Assembly (NCBI GenBank): GCA_009103225.1
Contig: RHPI01001715.1
Location: 958,011-1,022,010, forward strand
Length of the DNA stretch: 64,000 nt
Direction: 5' to 3'
DNA from: Chlorokybus atmophyticus
Lineage: Eukaryota; Plantae; Mesostigma and Chlorokybus algae
Numbering within the stretch: position 1 is the first letter of the stretch; each line of letters starts with the position of its first letter. Positions 1 to 12,082 of this stretch are shown piece after piece. The position numbers and the translations under genes are program-made. The notes under the pieces are model-generated. The model was not told where the DNA came from. It did not search any database and worked only from the letters and a program-made list of their open reading frames with translations.

Positions 1-1585
1 AGCAACAGCCTGCCTACATGTTCAGAGTAAGTTGGTGGAATGGCATTCTTAACTTCCGATTCCGCATCCATCCACTCCACCTGCATGGCAGATTGCCACC
101 CTGCAATCGTGCCACGGCAGGATGCTTGGCCGTACACCGGGTCAATTTGCCTCTCCCCAGGTAGCAACTGCCGGCGCTGCTCCGGGTGGGTGGCCAGCTC
201 TCCAAGTGCACAACCAGTGTGGTTGCATTTCAGGTCTGAGTGCAGTGGAGGGTTTGTCTCGAAGATGCGATAACGATACACATCCAACTTGAACATGGTG
301 CCACACAGCTTCAGGTGAGTTGTCATGTGTCCTGTTGCGCCTGCGACATTCTCTATCACCTATGGCTTGCCGCTCAACTGCAACTTGGCTCTTACGGGGT
401 CAATCAGGTTGACGTGCTCCCATCGATTGCCGTACGCGGAGCGCTGTGTAGTGGGAATGACCCCACTTAGAGCTTGACATGGAGGACTTGCCCACACCGC
501 AGCGTATGCTGTCGGGTCAGCGTCCATTGCATCCATCTGGCAGAACTTGAATGGGTATGACGGCTGTGACTTGTTGTCGATGCCCTAAACATTAAACCCT
601 GCCCTGTACAGACCCATGGCTACACCACTAGCGCCGCAAAAGCAATCCAGTGCGCGCGGCCTGCAACGTCTTCCGTTTGATTCTATTAGTGTGCGTGTGA
701 TCAGAGGGGGTGGGGGCTTGGGCCATCGATCGAGCTCTCGACCAGGCAAGTCTTGCAGTTTCAGACAGCTTTGACCACCAACACGAACCATTACGTCGTA
801 ACCCTCACGCACAGCTGCCATGTTCCAGTTCTGTATCAAGATGTGGTGCAGCCGTGGGTCCTCAACGAAATCGTCGTACTTGATGGTATGTTTTCCTGAG
901 CCACATGTTTGCCTGAGCCGGTGCTTGCATGAGCGTGCGCATGTAAATACTCTGCAGTATACCTGTGTTGGCATCAGAAGTGATGATGTGGCCTGCATAC
1001 CAGGAGCTCATTCCTGGCCAGTACACCACAACGCGGCATGCTACCAAAGACTGCCCCTCATCAACAAGCTCCTTCCGCCAAGCAGCCAGTGTCGCGACAT
1101 CGTCGACAATCGCGTTCCCCTTTGGCATTCAAGAGTAAGTTGGTCATGCATGCAAGCGCTGTTTTGCTGTTTGCAAGGACAGTTCAACTCACCCTGTTGT
1201 TGACATCGTCTTCGATTACAGTGGACTTGCCGCGACCGTTGCGCACGAGCTGACGTCGAACCACATTGCACATCTGCCCATCGTGATATGCTCCAGGCCG
1301 TGCCCAAGGCAGGTGATTCATGGGCTCGCCGTCCCACTCAAACTTGGAAAGCGAGCACTATAGGCAAGTGCACTCCTCCCAAAAGAAATCGGGCCTCATG
1401 CATTGTGCCAGCAGTCTGCATTGCCTCACATTGTCCCCCCTTGCCTTGTGGTGCCAGCAGGCTTCAAAGAAGCCATACTGCTCACTATACAGCTTGCACT
1501 TCTCTTCATGCTGTTGCAGACATCTGTTGTTGCCATTCCTAACCAAGTATGCTTTGCAGAAGCTACACACTTTGACGCCGCGCAT
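1..1585 (-). pseudogene. Spliced gene: N-terminal Cys/His-rich domain + Tudor-like domain + compact bacterial/phage-type C5 DNA cytosine methyltransferase; 3 in-frame TAG stops; runs off the window start
   Basis: Manual minus-strand translation reading through the stops. Motif I: ALDCFCGASGVAMGLYRAGFNV*GIDNKSQPSYPFKFCQMDA. Motif IV: VWASPPCQALS. Motif VI: KP*VIENV. Motif VIII: LCGTMFKLDVYRYRIFETN. Motif IX/X-like: WQSAMQVEWMDAESEVKNAIPPTYSEHVGRLL. Upstream in the same spliced frame is Tudor-like RVVVYWPGMSSWYAGHIITSDANT|GKHTIKYDD. GT-AG introns at about 1120-1195 and 896-962 keep the frame. Confidence 0.88.
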
Positions 1586-1874
1586 GCTGGCGCCACGCTA
1601 CCTGGCTCACAAACCCTAGAAGCTAATGCACTTGACGGAAGAAAAAAAGGAGCACGTACGCAAATTGTGGAGCATATCCGGATTGACTTTCCGGCGTGTT
1701 TTGAATCGGGATTGGATGTGTCCTAAACCCTAATTTACGGTAGGCAGTCATGACGGCGGCGACGGCGGCGGTGTCAGCGGCGGCAGCGTGCCTGCAGGTC
1801 TTTGCTTTGGCTGTATGGAAGTTGATTGGAAGTTGCTTGCAGTATGTTGGCTAACTGCTTTTGATGTTTGTAGC
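1586..1874. promoter_or_regulatory. Probable bidirectional promoter/5' UTR region with telo-box motifs
   Basis: Lies between two divergent start codons (1585 minus, 1875 plus). AAACCCTA motifs at about 1612 and 1726; the same motif occurs near other 5' ends in the window (about 40639, 55910). Confidence 0.5.
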
Positions 1875-4800
1875 ATGAGCTACTTTCGCAGGTGTTTTTG
1901 CCGCGACCGCAAAGGGAGCAAAGTGTTCATATACAACCACATTAGAAGGGCTGAATATCATGAAAAATCTGGCAAAAACATGTGGTGTGGCACTCCAGAA
2001 GCTGTTGCTCCTGAATATCGTGATCGACTACAACCCCATGAACTTGAAGAAGCTGATGCTGCTGTTGCTGCTGCATCCTTACACATGTCGTCAGGTACAA
2101 GAGCAACTTCTCTACAGCTGTGAATCTATACAACAGGCTATCTAATCATTGATCTGGCTTGCCCCAGGTGAAGCTCTCCATGACACCGAACAATTGCTAG
2201 TTGGGAACGACGCTACTGAACATGTTGACACAGGCACGCCGTTGCAATAGAGTGTTAAATCTCCTTTCAATGTTGCAGCCAACTTGCAACCAGCAGTACG
2301 ACCTGACTTGCGTGGCATGTTGACATTGCTGATGCTGTGCCTCTCATTGTTCATGTGCCACTAGACTCATTGCAGCTGGCAGGTTGTAATCCGTGTGCTC
2401 ATGAAGGACAATGTGCTTATGGAGAACAACGCGGATCTTACCCAGCATTTTGTGGAATTGAAAATGCTACATTGCAAGAGCATCAAGGTGCCGGAACCAA
2501 ATCCACAAATGGACAAGTAGAGCCTGAGACGCCAGTGCAGTGCACCTCCACTGCTGAGCAAGTCGATGCGGAGCAAGGTGATGCGGAGCAAGGTGATGTT
2601 GCCGGCGAAGACCAAGACTATGAAACCGATGTGGAATCGCAGCCGGACGAGGCTAAATGCGTTGATGATGCCATGCTACTGGACAACGTGAATGCTGCGT
2701 TGCTGGATAATGCAAGCAACCCTGTTGTTTTCGGCTCTCGTACAACCCCTCCAAGCATTTCCAAGCTGCTATTGGTTCCGGCGCAGCTACATCGAATACC
2801 CTTCAATTTCATGAATAAGCTGCTCAGGTTGGTGGGCAAGTTACACTGCTGACTGTTGAAACATCACCCTGTTCAGAACTGATGTGTTTCTGTGTGCCAG
2901 GTTGTTGCGTGGCATTTTCTTGCCTAAGGAGAATAAGATGCCAGGCAGCATGCACGAGCTATTGAAATGCCTTGAAGGCCTCAACATGGGCTTCCACACA
3001 TATGATGCCTGTCGCTGTGATCACATGTTGTATTGTGGCCGACATGCCAACAGGATACTTTGCAAAGGTGAGCAATTGTTGCAAATGTTCACTACAATGG
3101 GATTTGATTAGCATGTCCCATCAGCATACGACTTGCTTATGCAGTCTGCAAGGCCCCTCGCTACCGCAACATAGGAGGTAGACAAGTTGCATGGAAGATT
3201 GGGCGTTACTTTGACGTGCCTGCTGCGCTGAGGGCTCTGTACCTAAAACCTAGTGTTGCTGCGGAGATGATGGCGCACACAAATCGAAGTCAGGATGGGA
3301 TTATGCGATCTGTACACGGTAACATTGCCAAGTTCAGTGGTAAATGAGGCACGACTATGTGCATGATTGTGTTGGTGAGCGGCTGGGGCAGTCCAATGTA
3401 AGCCCTCGGTGTCCGTGCCTTGTGCTTTTGTGTGCGTGGCGCTGAGGCGGCATGTAAGACCTCGGTGTCCTTGCCTGTGTTTGTTTGTGTGTCGGCGTGG
3501 CGCTGAGGCGGCATGTAAGACCTCAGTGTCCTTGCCTGTGTTCGTTTGTGTGTCGGCGAGGTGCTGGGGCGGTATGTAAGACCTCAGTATCCAGCCTTGC
3601 GATTGTATGCATGTTTGAATGTGTTGTGGGGCTGGGGCAGTTGGTCGTAAGCCCTTGGTGTACTTGCTGCTGTTAGACTCGCCAATGTTCAAGGACACTG
3701 AACAACGCTACAGCCGGTTTGCCAAAGAACCACGCAATGTGCGCCTAGCGATGTTCATCGACGGGATGAGCCCGTTCAAAGATCCGCACAAAGGTATAAA
3801 AGAGCATTTTTTTTCCTGTATGCTCGTTGCAGTGTAACTGTACGAATGGCAGCAAAGGGTTTGTTGAGTTGCAGGGAATTATGAGTTTTGGGTTGTCACA
3901 ATCTCAGTGTTGAACCTGCCCATTGCCAAGATGCACAAGACAGACACTACACTTCTAACTGCTGTAATCCCTGGACCCAAACAGCCAGAGAAACTACAGG
4001 CTTATCTCAAGCCAATTATTGACCAGTTGGGAGATCTCTGGGAAGGTATGATTTCAACGCAGCTAGGATAAGCAGCTTCCATAACTGCAGTCATGCTTGA
4101 CAAATGCGCATGACTGAGGCATGTAATCTGCTGGCATTTGTTGTAGGTATAGACATATATGACAGCCACCGCGACGCAATTTTTCGTTGCAGATCTATTT
4201 TGGAGATTGTAATCCATGATTACCCAGGTACGCAAGCAGCAGCAGTGTTTGCACTTACTGTTATCAGTGTCTGACTGTATCTGTATATCGGACTGTCCTT
4301 GCAACCATGGTTGTGGCTACTGAAGTACATCATGTTGGTTGCGCAGCTCTGGCAAAAGCTGCCTTGCAGATGGCGCATGGAGCCATTTTTGGCTGTTCAA
4401 AGTGCGAGTGCAGTGGAGAACATGTGGAACTTCTCAAAAAGGTGATCTATCAAGGCCACCGCCGGTACCTACCGGATGACCATCCTTACAGAGTTGATGA
4501 GCGTTGGCCGCAACCAGAACACAGACCTCCACCACCCATGCGGACTGCAGAGAGCGTGTACAGGTGAGCAATCTCAGTTGATTGCGCATTCGGTTGCAGA
4601 ACATAGGTATGTCAGCAATGGATGCCATGTGATCAGGTATGCTATGACATCTCGCAACAGCAAGCGTCCACTGCACTCCAAGAGACATCCTTCAAAGACC
4701 TCCGGCATCCTTGGACTGAGCTGTTTTCACGACCTTCCATATTGGCTACCGTTACAAAAATCTGTCAAAGGTCATGTGGTTGGCCCTATGCACATTTTTG

Positions 4801-7800
4801 CCAACCTGGCAACCAACTTTGCAAATCCCTAGCTGGCTTGCGCGACAGCATCGAATCGCGAGAAGATCTGCAGCAGCAAGGCCGCATGCCTGAACTCTGG
4901 CTAGAGTTACGTATGTAGTCGGCCTCGTTGACATGTGCCATAGTTGGATTTAACTAAGGACTTGAACCTATGTGCTGCAGACAGAGATGAAGATGAAGGA
5001 TGGAAAGGAAGTCGCAGTCAAGGTAAAACCCCAGGCTCCATGGACAATCACAGATGTAGGACTGGTTGAGCAATTGCTTTCCGGCGTGAGGGTTTCAAGC
5101 ACTTTCGACTCGAAACTGCAGTCTTTCACAAAGCATTTAGGTGAGATAGCCGTTATATGTTTTGTGTTTACGCTAAAGCAATGATTCTCCATGCATGGAA
5201 CTTTTGACATGGAGCATGCAGGCTCGATGAAATTGCACGACAAGCACAACTTATAATCGGTCGTTTTTAGTACGTGCTGCGCTCGGCACACGACATTGGA
5301 GAAGATCAGAAGAGAACCATCTTCAAACTATGCGACATCTATCAACGGCTGACTGCATCGGAAGTAAAGCAGTCACACCTCAAAGAATTGAAGGTTGGCT
5401 TCAATAACACTTTACTCTGCATGCCCAGCTCCTATGGCATGCATAGCTTATTACTTAGTGCAGGTGCTGGTGCATGAGGCACAGTCTGAAGTGGAGCTGT
5501 TCTTCCCGCGAACTTCTCTCACAATGATGCTGCACCTCCTTGGCTATTTACCAGAGCAGTGCATGTGGCTTGGTCCGATGCGTGACCACTGGGAGTGGGC
5601 ACATGAACGCTTTATGCTGTGGGTGAAGCGCATGATATTTGCAAGGCAGCATGTGGAAGCAAGCATCTGCAAAAGGCAAGTTTTGTGTGAGCCCACTGAG
5701 AGTTACGTGCAAACTTTCCACATTGTTGGCCTTGTTCAAGTGCCAGTTGCATCTGCAGATACTCTATCCAGCTCATGCTGAGCACTTGCATGGACACCTT
5801 GAAGCGACTTTTCTCCGACATCCGTTTGCGATCGGGCAAGCAACGAGATGATGACGACTATGTGCTCTGCGGACGGAGACACCATATTAAGGTTGGGGAT
5901 AAAGATAGTAAGACAAGGCAGGAGCTCGAGTGGTGGTTGGCTGAGAATGACGATGAATACAGGCTGTTAAAAGAGTAAGTTGCTTTGCGAGTTGCTGTTT
6001 TGTACGTGATGTCCAACGCGCAGACACTATGATTTAATTATGGGTTGCTGCTACACAGAGAGTTCAGTCGGGAGGTGAACAAACGCAGGATGGCAAGGGA
6101 AAGGGCTCAAAAACAAGGACATGTCGTGGCAAAGGACATGGAGCATATGACTGAGCTGCATCACTGGCGTGGACCTGCTAGGGAGCTTACAAAGCACGAG
6201 ATGGAGCTGTTGAGCGGTCCAATCTTTCCAAAGTACATCAAGCGATACTTCAGAGCACGCTACAAGGACATCGGTCAGTTTAGAGCAGAGGAAATGGAGA
6301 AGAAACTCCGCACCATGGACTGTGGCGTGTTTACCGTTGGGCGCGACTCAGATGACCCAACCAAGAAGATCCATTGGTATGGCAGGGTGCAATCTTTTGA
6401 TGTTGTGGTGATAGCTGGTCGGGAGCACCAGCTGCTCAGAGCTAGGTGGTACATGAGCAACCAAGTCCAGCACAGTGGAGGATTTGCAATCCCAAGAAAA
6501 GACAAGCCCCGCTTTGCAAAATAAACCTACTTTGATTGCAACCTGGTAAGTGGCTGTGTTGCAATCGTTTTGGCGTGTGCTTGGTGTGATGATAGTAAAT
6601 TGAAATAGTAATATGAAAATGGCTGATGAATATCCCTTCTTGCTGGCAGGTCAAGGGCCAGTGGTTTGAGGGAATTGATCCCCATGACAACAAAGTAACA
6701 GTAGCGCTTGTTACAGATAGGCGCAGTCTCATGCGTCGAGGCATGCACCGGGACACTCCGGTTAGAGGAGAGTTAACAACGTTGTCCATTCGAATCTGGA
6801 TGTCCTCATATATCCTGGGTTTTGGCATCACATACAACCATCTTGTGTACTTGGTGCAGGGTGCCAAAAGCGAAACCAATAGCGCCTCGAGCGAGGTGTC
6901 ATGAACCACACACCGCGACTGGCATTTTGAGTACAAGAGGTACTGTTTGCGATTGTGATGCCTCATATCCCTACTGTGAGACTGCAGTAGACAGCTGTAG
7001 ACCTGGCCACTGAACCTTTGTTCACAGGATGAGACCGAGACTGGAGCTGGATGTGTTAGAACATCGGGAACATGAAGACTACTGCTTTGTCTGCAAGGAT
7101 GGGGGCACCATATCTGGCTGCGATGTTGAAAGTTGCTGGAAAAGCTACCACGCGCACTGTGTCTCTATGCCACTTGTGGAGGATGAATATTGGGAGTGCC
7201 CAAGGCATGAGTAAGTGGACTTCATTGCAGCAAATGCTTGGCATCTTGTTGTGAGGAACTTCACTCCTAGAACCATCATCACTTGTACTGAACCAAAACA
7301 CAGGTGCCATGTGAAGAACTGCAACGAAGCAGCTTTTCAAGTCAGCGCAACGTGTCCAAACAGCCTCTGTCGACGGCACGCTGTGGGTAGCATGGTCGAG
7401 GTTACGTGCTCGCGATGCGCTGCGTACGAAAAAGGTGGTGCTCCAGCGCAGCTCCCAAGGGAGAGCCTTGCTCGTCGTTCTCTGCCGGGCGGTTGCGGTA
7501 GGGTTTCACAACCTGTGCAGAGTGGGGTTCAACACGTTGAAGACAGTGGGGATGAGGCTAACAATGGTAAGCTGCTGTGTGCTTGAGCTTGTTGATTTGC
7601 GTTGTGGTTCTTGCCCAATTGAACCATTTATAGCTGCAGAGGCAGTCACGATGGAAGTTAGCGATGAAGACGAAGAGGGTTGTAACCAGCAACCCACGAC
7701 GGCTGCGGCAGTTGTGGACCTCGTGGGCAGCGATGATGATATCATGCTGCTGGACGATCCAGTCAGCAACCCGCAGCCGTCAACACCGCAGCCACTGTTC

Positions 7801-8922
7801 ATTTACCCTAGTGCAAGTGCACGTGATGCGGTGCCAGTGCTTGAAACGGACAGGAGATTGCTGAATGGTAGACAAGAGCTCAATGACACCATCCTCCACT
7901 TCTTTTGCAGGTATGTGATTTGTTGCGTCTGTGTTATTCGTGTATCTCATATGTACGTGGGATGCACATGCAGATACAAGGAAGAGGAAATCTTAGGTAG
8001 AGCAGATGGCATTCAGGTGAAGCTGTTTCACCCGCATTTCACATTTCACACCCGCATTTCGACACCAAAATCGTGCGCTGCCATAGACAAAATGACTGGC
8101 ACACGAGCAATCACAGAATAGACAGGTGGGAGAGTGATCCGTTTGCCAAGGACTTGCTGGGAGTGATTGTCAACCCAGACACGCGGTGAGAATAAGCGCC
8201 AAGAATATCTTGCTGAATTGCTGCTGTTTTTGCAAACTTGAATTATTTTCATTGTTCACAGGACTCACTGGAGTCTGCTGCTTGTGTGCAAGCCTGGAGG
8301 CCAACTTGGAAGTGACACGCCGCCTTTACTCGTCCATCTCGACTCCCTTGGCCTGCATCGCAACGTTGATGGACCTATGCGCGCTTACCTTGACTACATG
8401 TGGGGCAAAAAGCATGCAAGTGACTCACAACGACGCTTCTCTCCCGAAAACGTACAGCTTCTTGTACCACAGGTAGCACACGTTGCATTGCACTAGTGAT
8501 GAGTTTGCATGCATTCTGTCACAAGCACTGATCGGATGCATGCACATGCATTTGGTTTGCAAGCATTGACACATGTTTGTGCAGGTCCCACAGCAGAAGG
8601 ATGGAGTTGCGTGCGGTTGTTTGTCATGCTTTATCTTGACAAGTTTATAGATGGGGTACAAGCTGGTCCAATTGACCAAAATGCACGGATATTTCAACAG
8701 GTACAGTTCATGCATGTGCACTGCAATGTTTACAAGTGGAAGGTGCTTTAATGGCACTGTCGTGTAGGCCAACACGTGCATAGTAACCACATGTTATTGC
8801 TGTGTGGTTGTGTGCAGATGCAAAGGAGTTGGTTTCATCCTCAAGTGGCAGACAGGTTGAGAAGACGATTGCGAACACTCATGGACAGTATGTTAGCACA
8901 GCAAAGACATGAGTTGAGCTAG
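1875..8922 (+). pseudogene. Multi-exon CACTA transposase (Transposase_21, DUF4218, DUF4216-like) fused to PHD-C5HCH and a Ulp1/SENP (peptidase C48) domain; degenerate
   Basis: Transposase motifs: YDACRCDHMLY..CK|VCKAPRY, RFAKEPRNVRLAMFIDGMSPF, VIPGPKQPEKLQAYLKPIIDQLGDLWEG, YQGHRRYLPDDHPYR, FHDLPYW..GPMHIFAN, FFPRTSLTMMLHLL..LGPMRDHWEWAHERFM, HWYGRVQSF..LLRARWY. Then EDYCFVCKDGG..CWKSYHAHC..WECPRH|ECHVKNC..TCPNSLCRRH. Then LNDTILHFF, HWSLLVC..HLDSLG, PQQKDGVACGLFVMLYLDKF. Premature stops at 6522 (TAA) and 6902 (TGA); frameshift near 4830. Confidence 0.88.
3396..3590. repeat. Intronic tandem repeat, about 3.3 copies of a ~60-bp unit
   Basis: Unit ATGTAAGACCTC(G/A)GTGTCCTTGCCTGTG..GTGTGTCGGCGTGGCGCTGAGGCGGC repeated inside a transposase intron. 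Confidence 0.85.
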
Positions 8923-10479
8923 TAGTAGCAGGTGGTGTGTAGCATAGCAATGCTGTAGTCCATGTCAGAGCTGTCCCCCACCATCAACTCAAACCAGCTG
9001 TGTGGAATTGCTGAGCAACTCTGGCTTTGACATATATTAGACTGTATATTAAAATTAGCAGTGCAATCTACTTGGTTTTCAATCACATTCAGGACTTGGC
9101 CAAAATGAGAGTATATGTTTCTTCGTGTGGGGTTGAATATTCACTCACAGTCAGGAGTTAGTGCAAAACGTATTGCTTGGTTTTGGAATGGTGTTGAAAA
9201 TTCACTCAAAGCTAGGACTTACTGTGCATCGTATTGCGTAGTTTCAGATTGGTGTTGAATGTTCACTCACATCTGTGGCATGAAACTGGTGAAGGTTATG
9301 AATATACATGTGTGACAAGCTGATCAATTGATTATTCACGGGCAGTTGGGACTTGGTGAGTTTAAGCTGTCTGGTTTTAGCCACAAGCTTATGCCCCTTC
9401 ATGAATGTTCAGGCAATGTATAGCTGAATATTTAGCAGAGCACATGCTGTGTCCATTCACAATTGCATGCCCTTGAACATTTAATCGACTTTAACCGAAT
9501 ATACGAGGTATACGGGTTTTGAAAGGTGGCATTAATTTATCGCGTGGATATTCACGCGATTTATAGGTAAATGTCGCGATTTCGTTTTGGCAGAGATTGC
9601 ACAGAATGTACGAAAACACTTGAATATTCACTCGATACAAAGCTGAAACGGTAAATCAAACGAATATTCAGTGCGTTTGCCATGAATTTTCATAAATTCG
9701 GGGGTCTTATAATTACCGGTGGGGTATAACCATATATCTATTTTTATTTTCTTTCCGCGGCCGGTATTGGCACAACTCAATTGTGCTAGCACTGGCTGCA
9801 CATTCTGCGTGCCAGTTCTGGCACAACAAAGTTGTGCCAATGACCGGTACTGGCACAAGCCGTTTTATGCTAGTTCTAAGGACTTTTGGGTCTAGACCCG
9901 CTGTGGTGCTTGTTAATAACTGAGTATGCTAAGAGAGCATAATCAGCCGTTTATAAGCATTACACAGCCTCTCATGGTAGCGATTTTGCTACTGTGGCTT
10001 AGTCGGTTAAAGTCAGGTTCCACACCCGCAAGGCAGTGCCAGTGCTGGCACAAACGGTTTGTGCCAGTCTTGTACGGCCTGCAGACGCCACGTGTTCGTG
10101 ACAACTGCGCATGCTGGCTAAGGCGATAGATATTGCAGCGTAGGGTTGGGACGGCGGGTGAAGTGGTGCACATTGTGCTTACTGAGCATAAACCTCTAGG
10201 TATGCACGATGTACATAATGCGTATCGCTGATGTAAAGCAATATCACGTTTAAAAATGCGATATTACTTTGAATATATCACATATATCATATACATAAAT
10301 ATACATTATCTGTTCCCCCCTTCTCCCTCTTGTACGCACAAATGGGTACATAAAGCTGTGCTGAGATGGAGTATGCAATTGCTTATAGAAGGTGAAGTTT
10401 GGCTAATGGGAGATGTGTTCCCGTGCATATTTTGCATAGTTAGAGTGTGCATGCAGAGCGGTTAATCTGTAGACAGCAC

Positions 10480-11810
10480 AGTGAGAAGTGTGCAGCTTTC
10501 TGACGTGCAGGCTTACGTTTTGAGAGAGCTAGGTGACCCGCTGCCTATGTTTTTGTATGCGCTCGTTCATACTCGTGTCATGGCGGCCACCTTGCCTGCA
10601 CATGCGGAGGCGCGGGGAGTCGCCTATAGCGTAGCTACGCTAACGACACTTTTTGGATGGGACCGCTAGCCCAAGTGGAGGCAGCAGCCCAGGCCTTGGT
10701 GACGGCAATGACGGCTGTGGGACTACGCGTGGCACTGCACAAGTCAGCGGCATACAGCTTGGACGAGGCGGTGACGAGAGTGCTGACTTTGTTGGACCAG
10801 GTCCGACGCACCAATGGTGGCATTGTTGTACTGGGTGTGCCACTTGGCACGCCGGCTTTTATGGCCGCACACTGCGAGAAGATTGTGTCAGAGACGCGGC
10901 CGCTGTGCTGCCCGCCCTGCAATCAGTACTGGATGCACAGGTGGCCGTTCTGCTACTGACCAAGTGTTTGATGGCGCCCGTCGTATTTGGCGTGCATAGC
11001 GCGCCCAACACCACTCCGTCAAAGCTCGCCAAGGCGCGCCGTAAATCTGGCGATGGCGCACAAATGCGGCTGACCGGGTGGCTCGGACTGGAGGAGCGTC
11101 AGAGGCGCACAACGGCACAGGCGGGTCTGCCGGTTGCGTTGGCGTTGTCGCCATGCGCAGCATAGCACTACATGCGCCGGCGGCTTTTTTTGGAGGGTGG
11201 GAGTCGGTGGCGGCGCCCCTAAGTTCACATTTTGTCTCGCCACTGGACATAGAGTTCTCGACGGAGGTCGACAATGTGGAGACCGGTGCCTGTCTGTTCC
11301 AGCAGGAGTTGCGAGCAGTTTGTGATTTGTTGCCGCGGAAGGCGCGCCCCCTTATCCCGCCGTTCACGGCCATGGCGCGCACGGTGACTTATATGCTGCA
11401 AAAATCCCTCAGCTCGAAGGTGGACGATGCAGTCGTTATGGCATATGAACATGGGGCGACTCTTGACGACAAGGCCCGTCGGATGTCGGCGTCCGGGGTC
11501 GATGCAGGCGCGTGGCTGTCGGCGCTTCCCTTTCTTTCGGCGCTCCGCATCTCCGCCGATCTTTTTTGAACGGCCCTCCGCACCCGCCTGGGGTTGCCGC
11601 ATCCCATGCTAGCGGGCGTCACGCGTTGCACCTGTGGTGTCGTGCTAATGGCGGACGGTGCACACTTGCTGCGCTGCTCGATGGGGAGAGGGCGCACTGC
11701 GACGCATGACGCCTTGCGTGATGAGACGTTTGTAATACTACGCGAGGCGGGCTGTATGGTTAGTAGGGACTCCCTAACTAACTCTGCTCGGAGCAGACGG
11801 GCTTTAGGCA
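10480..11810 (+). mobile_element. Degenerate, 5'-truncated non-LTR retrotransposon of the CRE/R2-like (RLE) group: RT domains 4-7 plus C-terminal zinc knuckle
   Basis: ELGDPLPMFLYALVH (QGDPL motif), SYANDTFWMGP (YADD changed to YAND), GLRVALHKSAAY..GIVVLGVPLGTPAF, AGAWLSALP, CTCGVVLMADGAHLLRCSMGRGRTATHDALRD. Several frameshifts. Confidence 0.75.
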
Positions 11811-12082
11811 TGTCGCACAATCCGGGGGGACACTTTTGGTGCAACGTTAATGGGAGTTTTTTCAATTTTTATCGCATTTCATGATTTCGTTCAACATTTG
11901 AAGTCATCCCACAGCTGTTTATTTACTAGACCTCCACTAACCCGCGTCTGCGGCATAGCAACAAAGTACGCGACTTTTAGGAAGATAATACATAATAGCA
12001 CGCGTACAGCAAGCAGTTGTTGGTTATACGTTGAAAGTACGCAAAATCGTATGGTATTCAGCTAAAATGGGTCATTTTTTGT

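Larger units (their letters stand above)
1875..9908 (+). mobile_element. CACTA/EnSpm-type DNA transposon; left end probably lies upstream of the window, in which case it includes the methyltransferase gene
   Basis: TnpD-type transposase motifs, subterminal TGGCACAA repeats in both orientations (9765-9860, 10045-10072), and a candidate terminus ...CGCTGTGGTG at 9908 (reverse complement CACCACAGCG). Confidence 0.8.

Noticed and set aside
1-1000. Bacterial or phage contamination as the source of the methyltransferase
   Set aside because: The gene has frame-preserving GT-AG introns, a eukaryotic Tudor-like fusion and the same composition as the flanking eukaryotic DNA.
1-1585. TAG read as glutamine (non-standard code known from some ulvophyte algae) to explain the in-frame TAGs in the MTase
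   Set aside because: Host genes in the window end in TAA (FNR, CURT1A) and TAG (ABC1K6), and the transposons also contain TGA stops and frameshifts, so decay explains the stops better.
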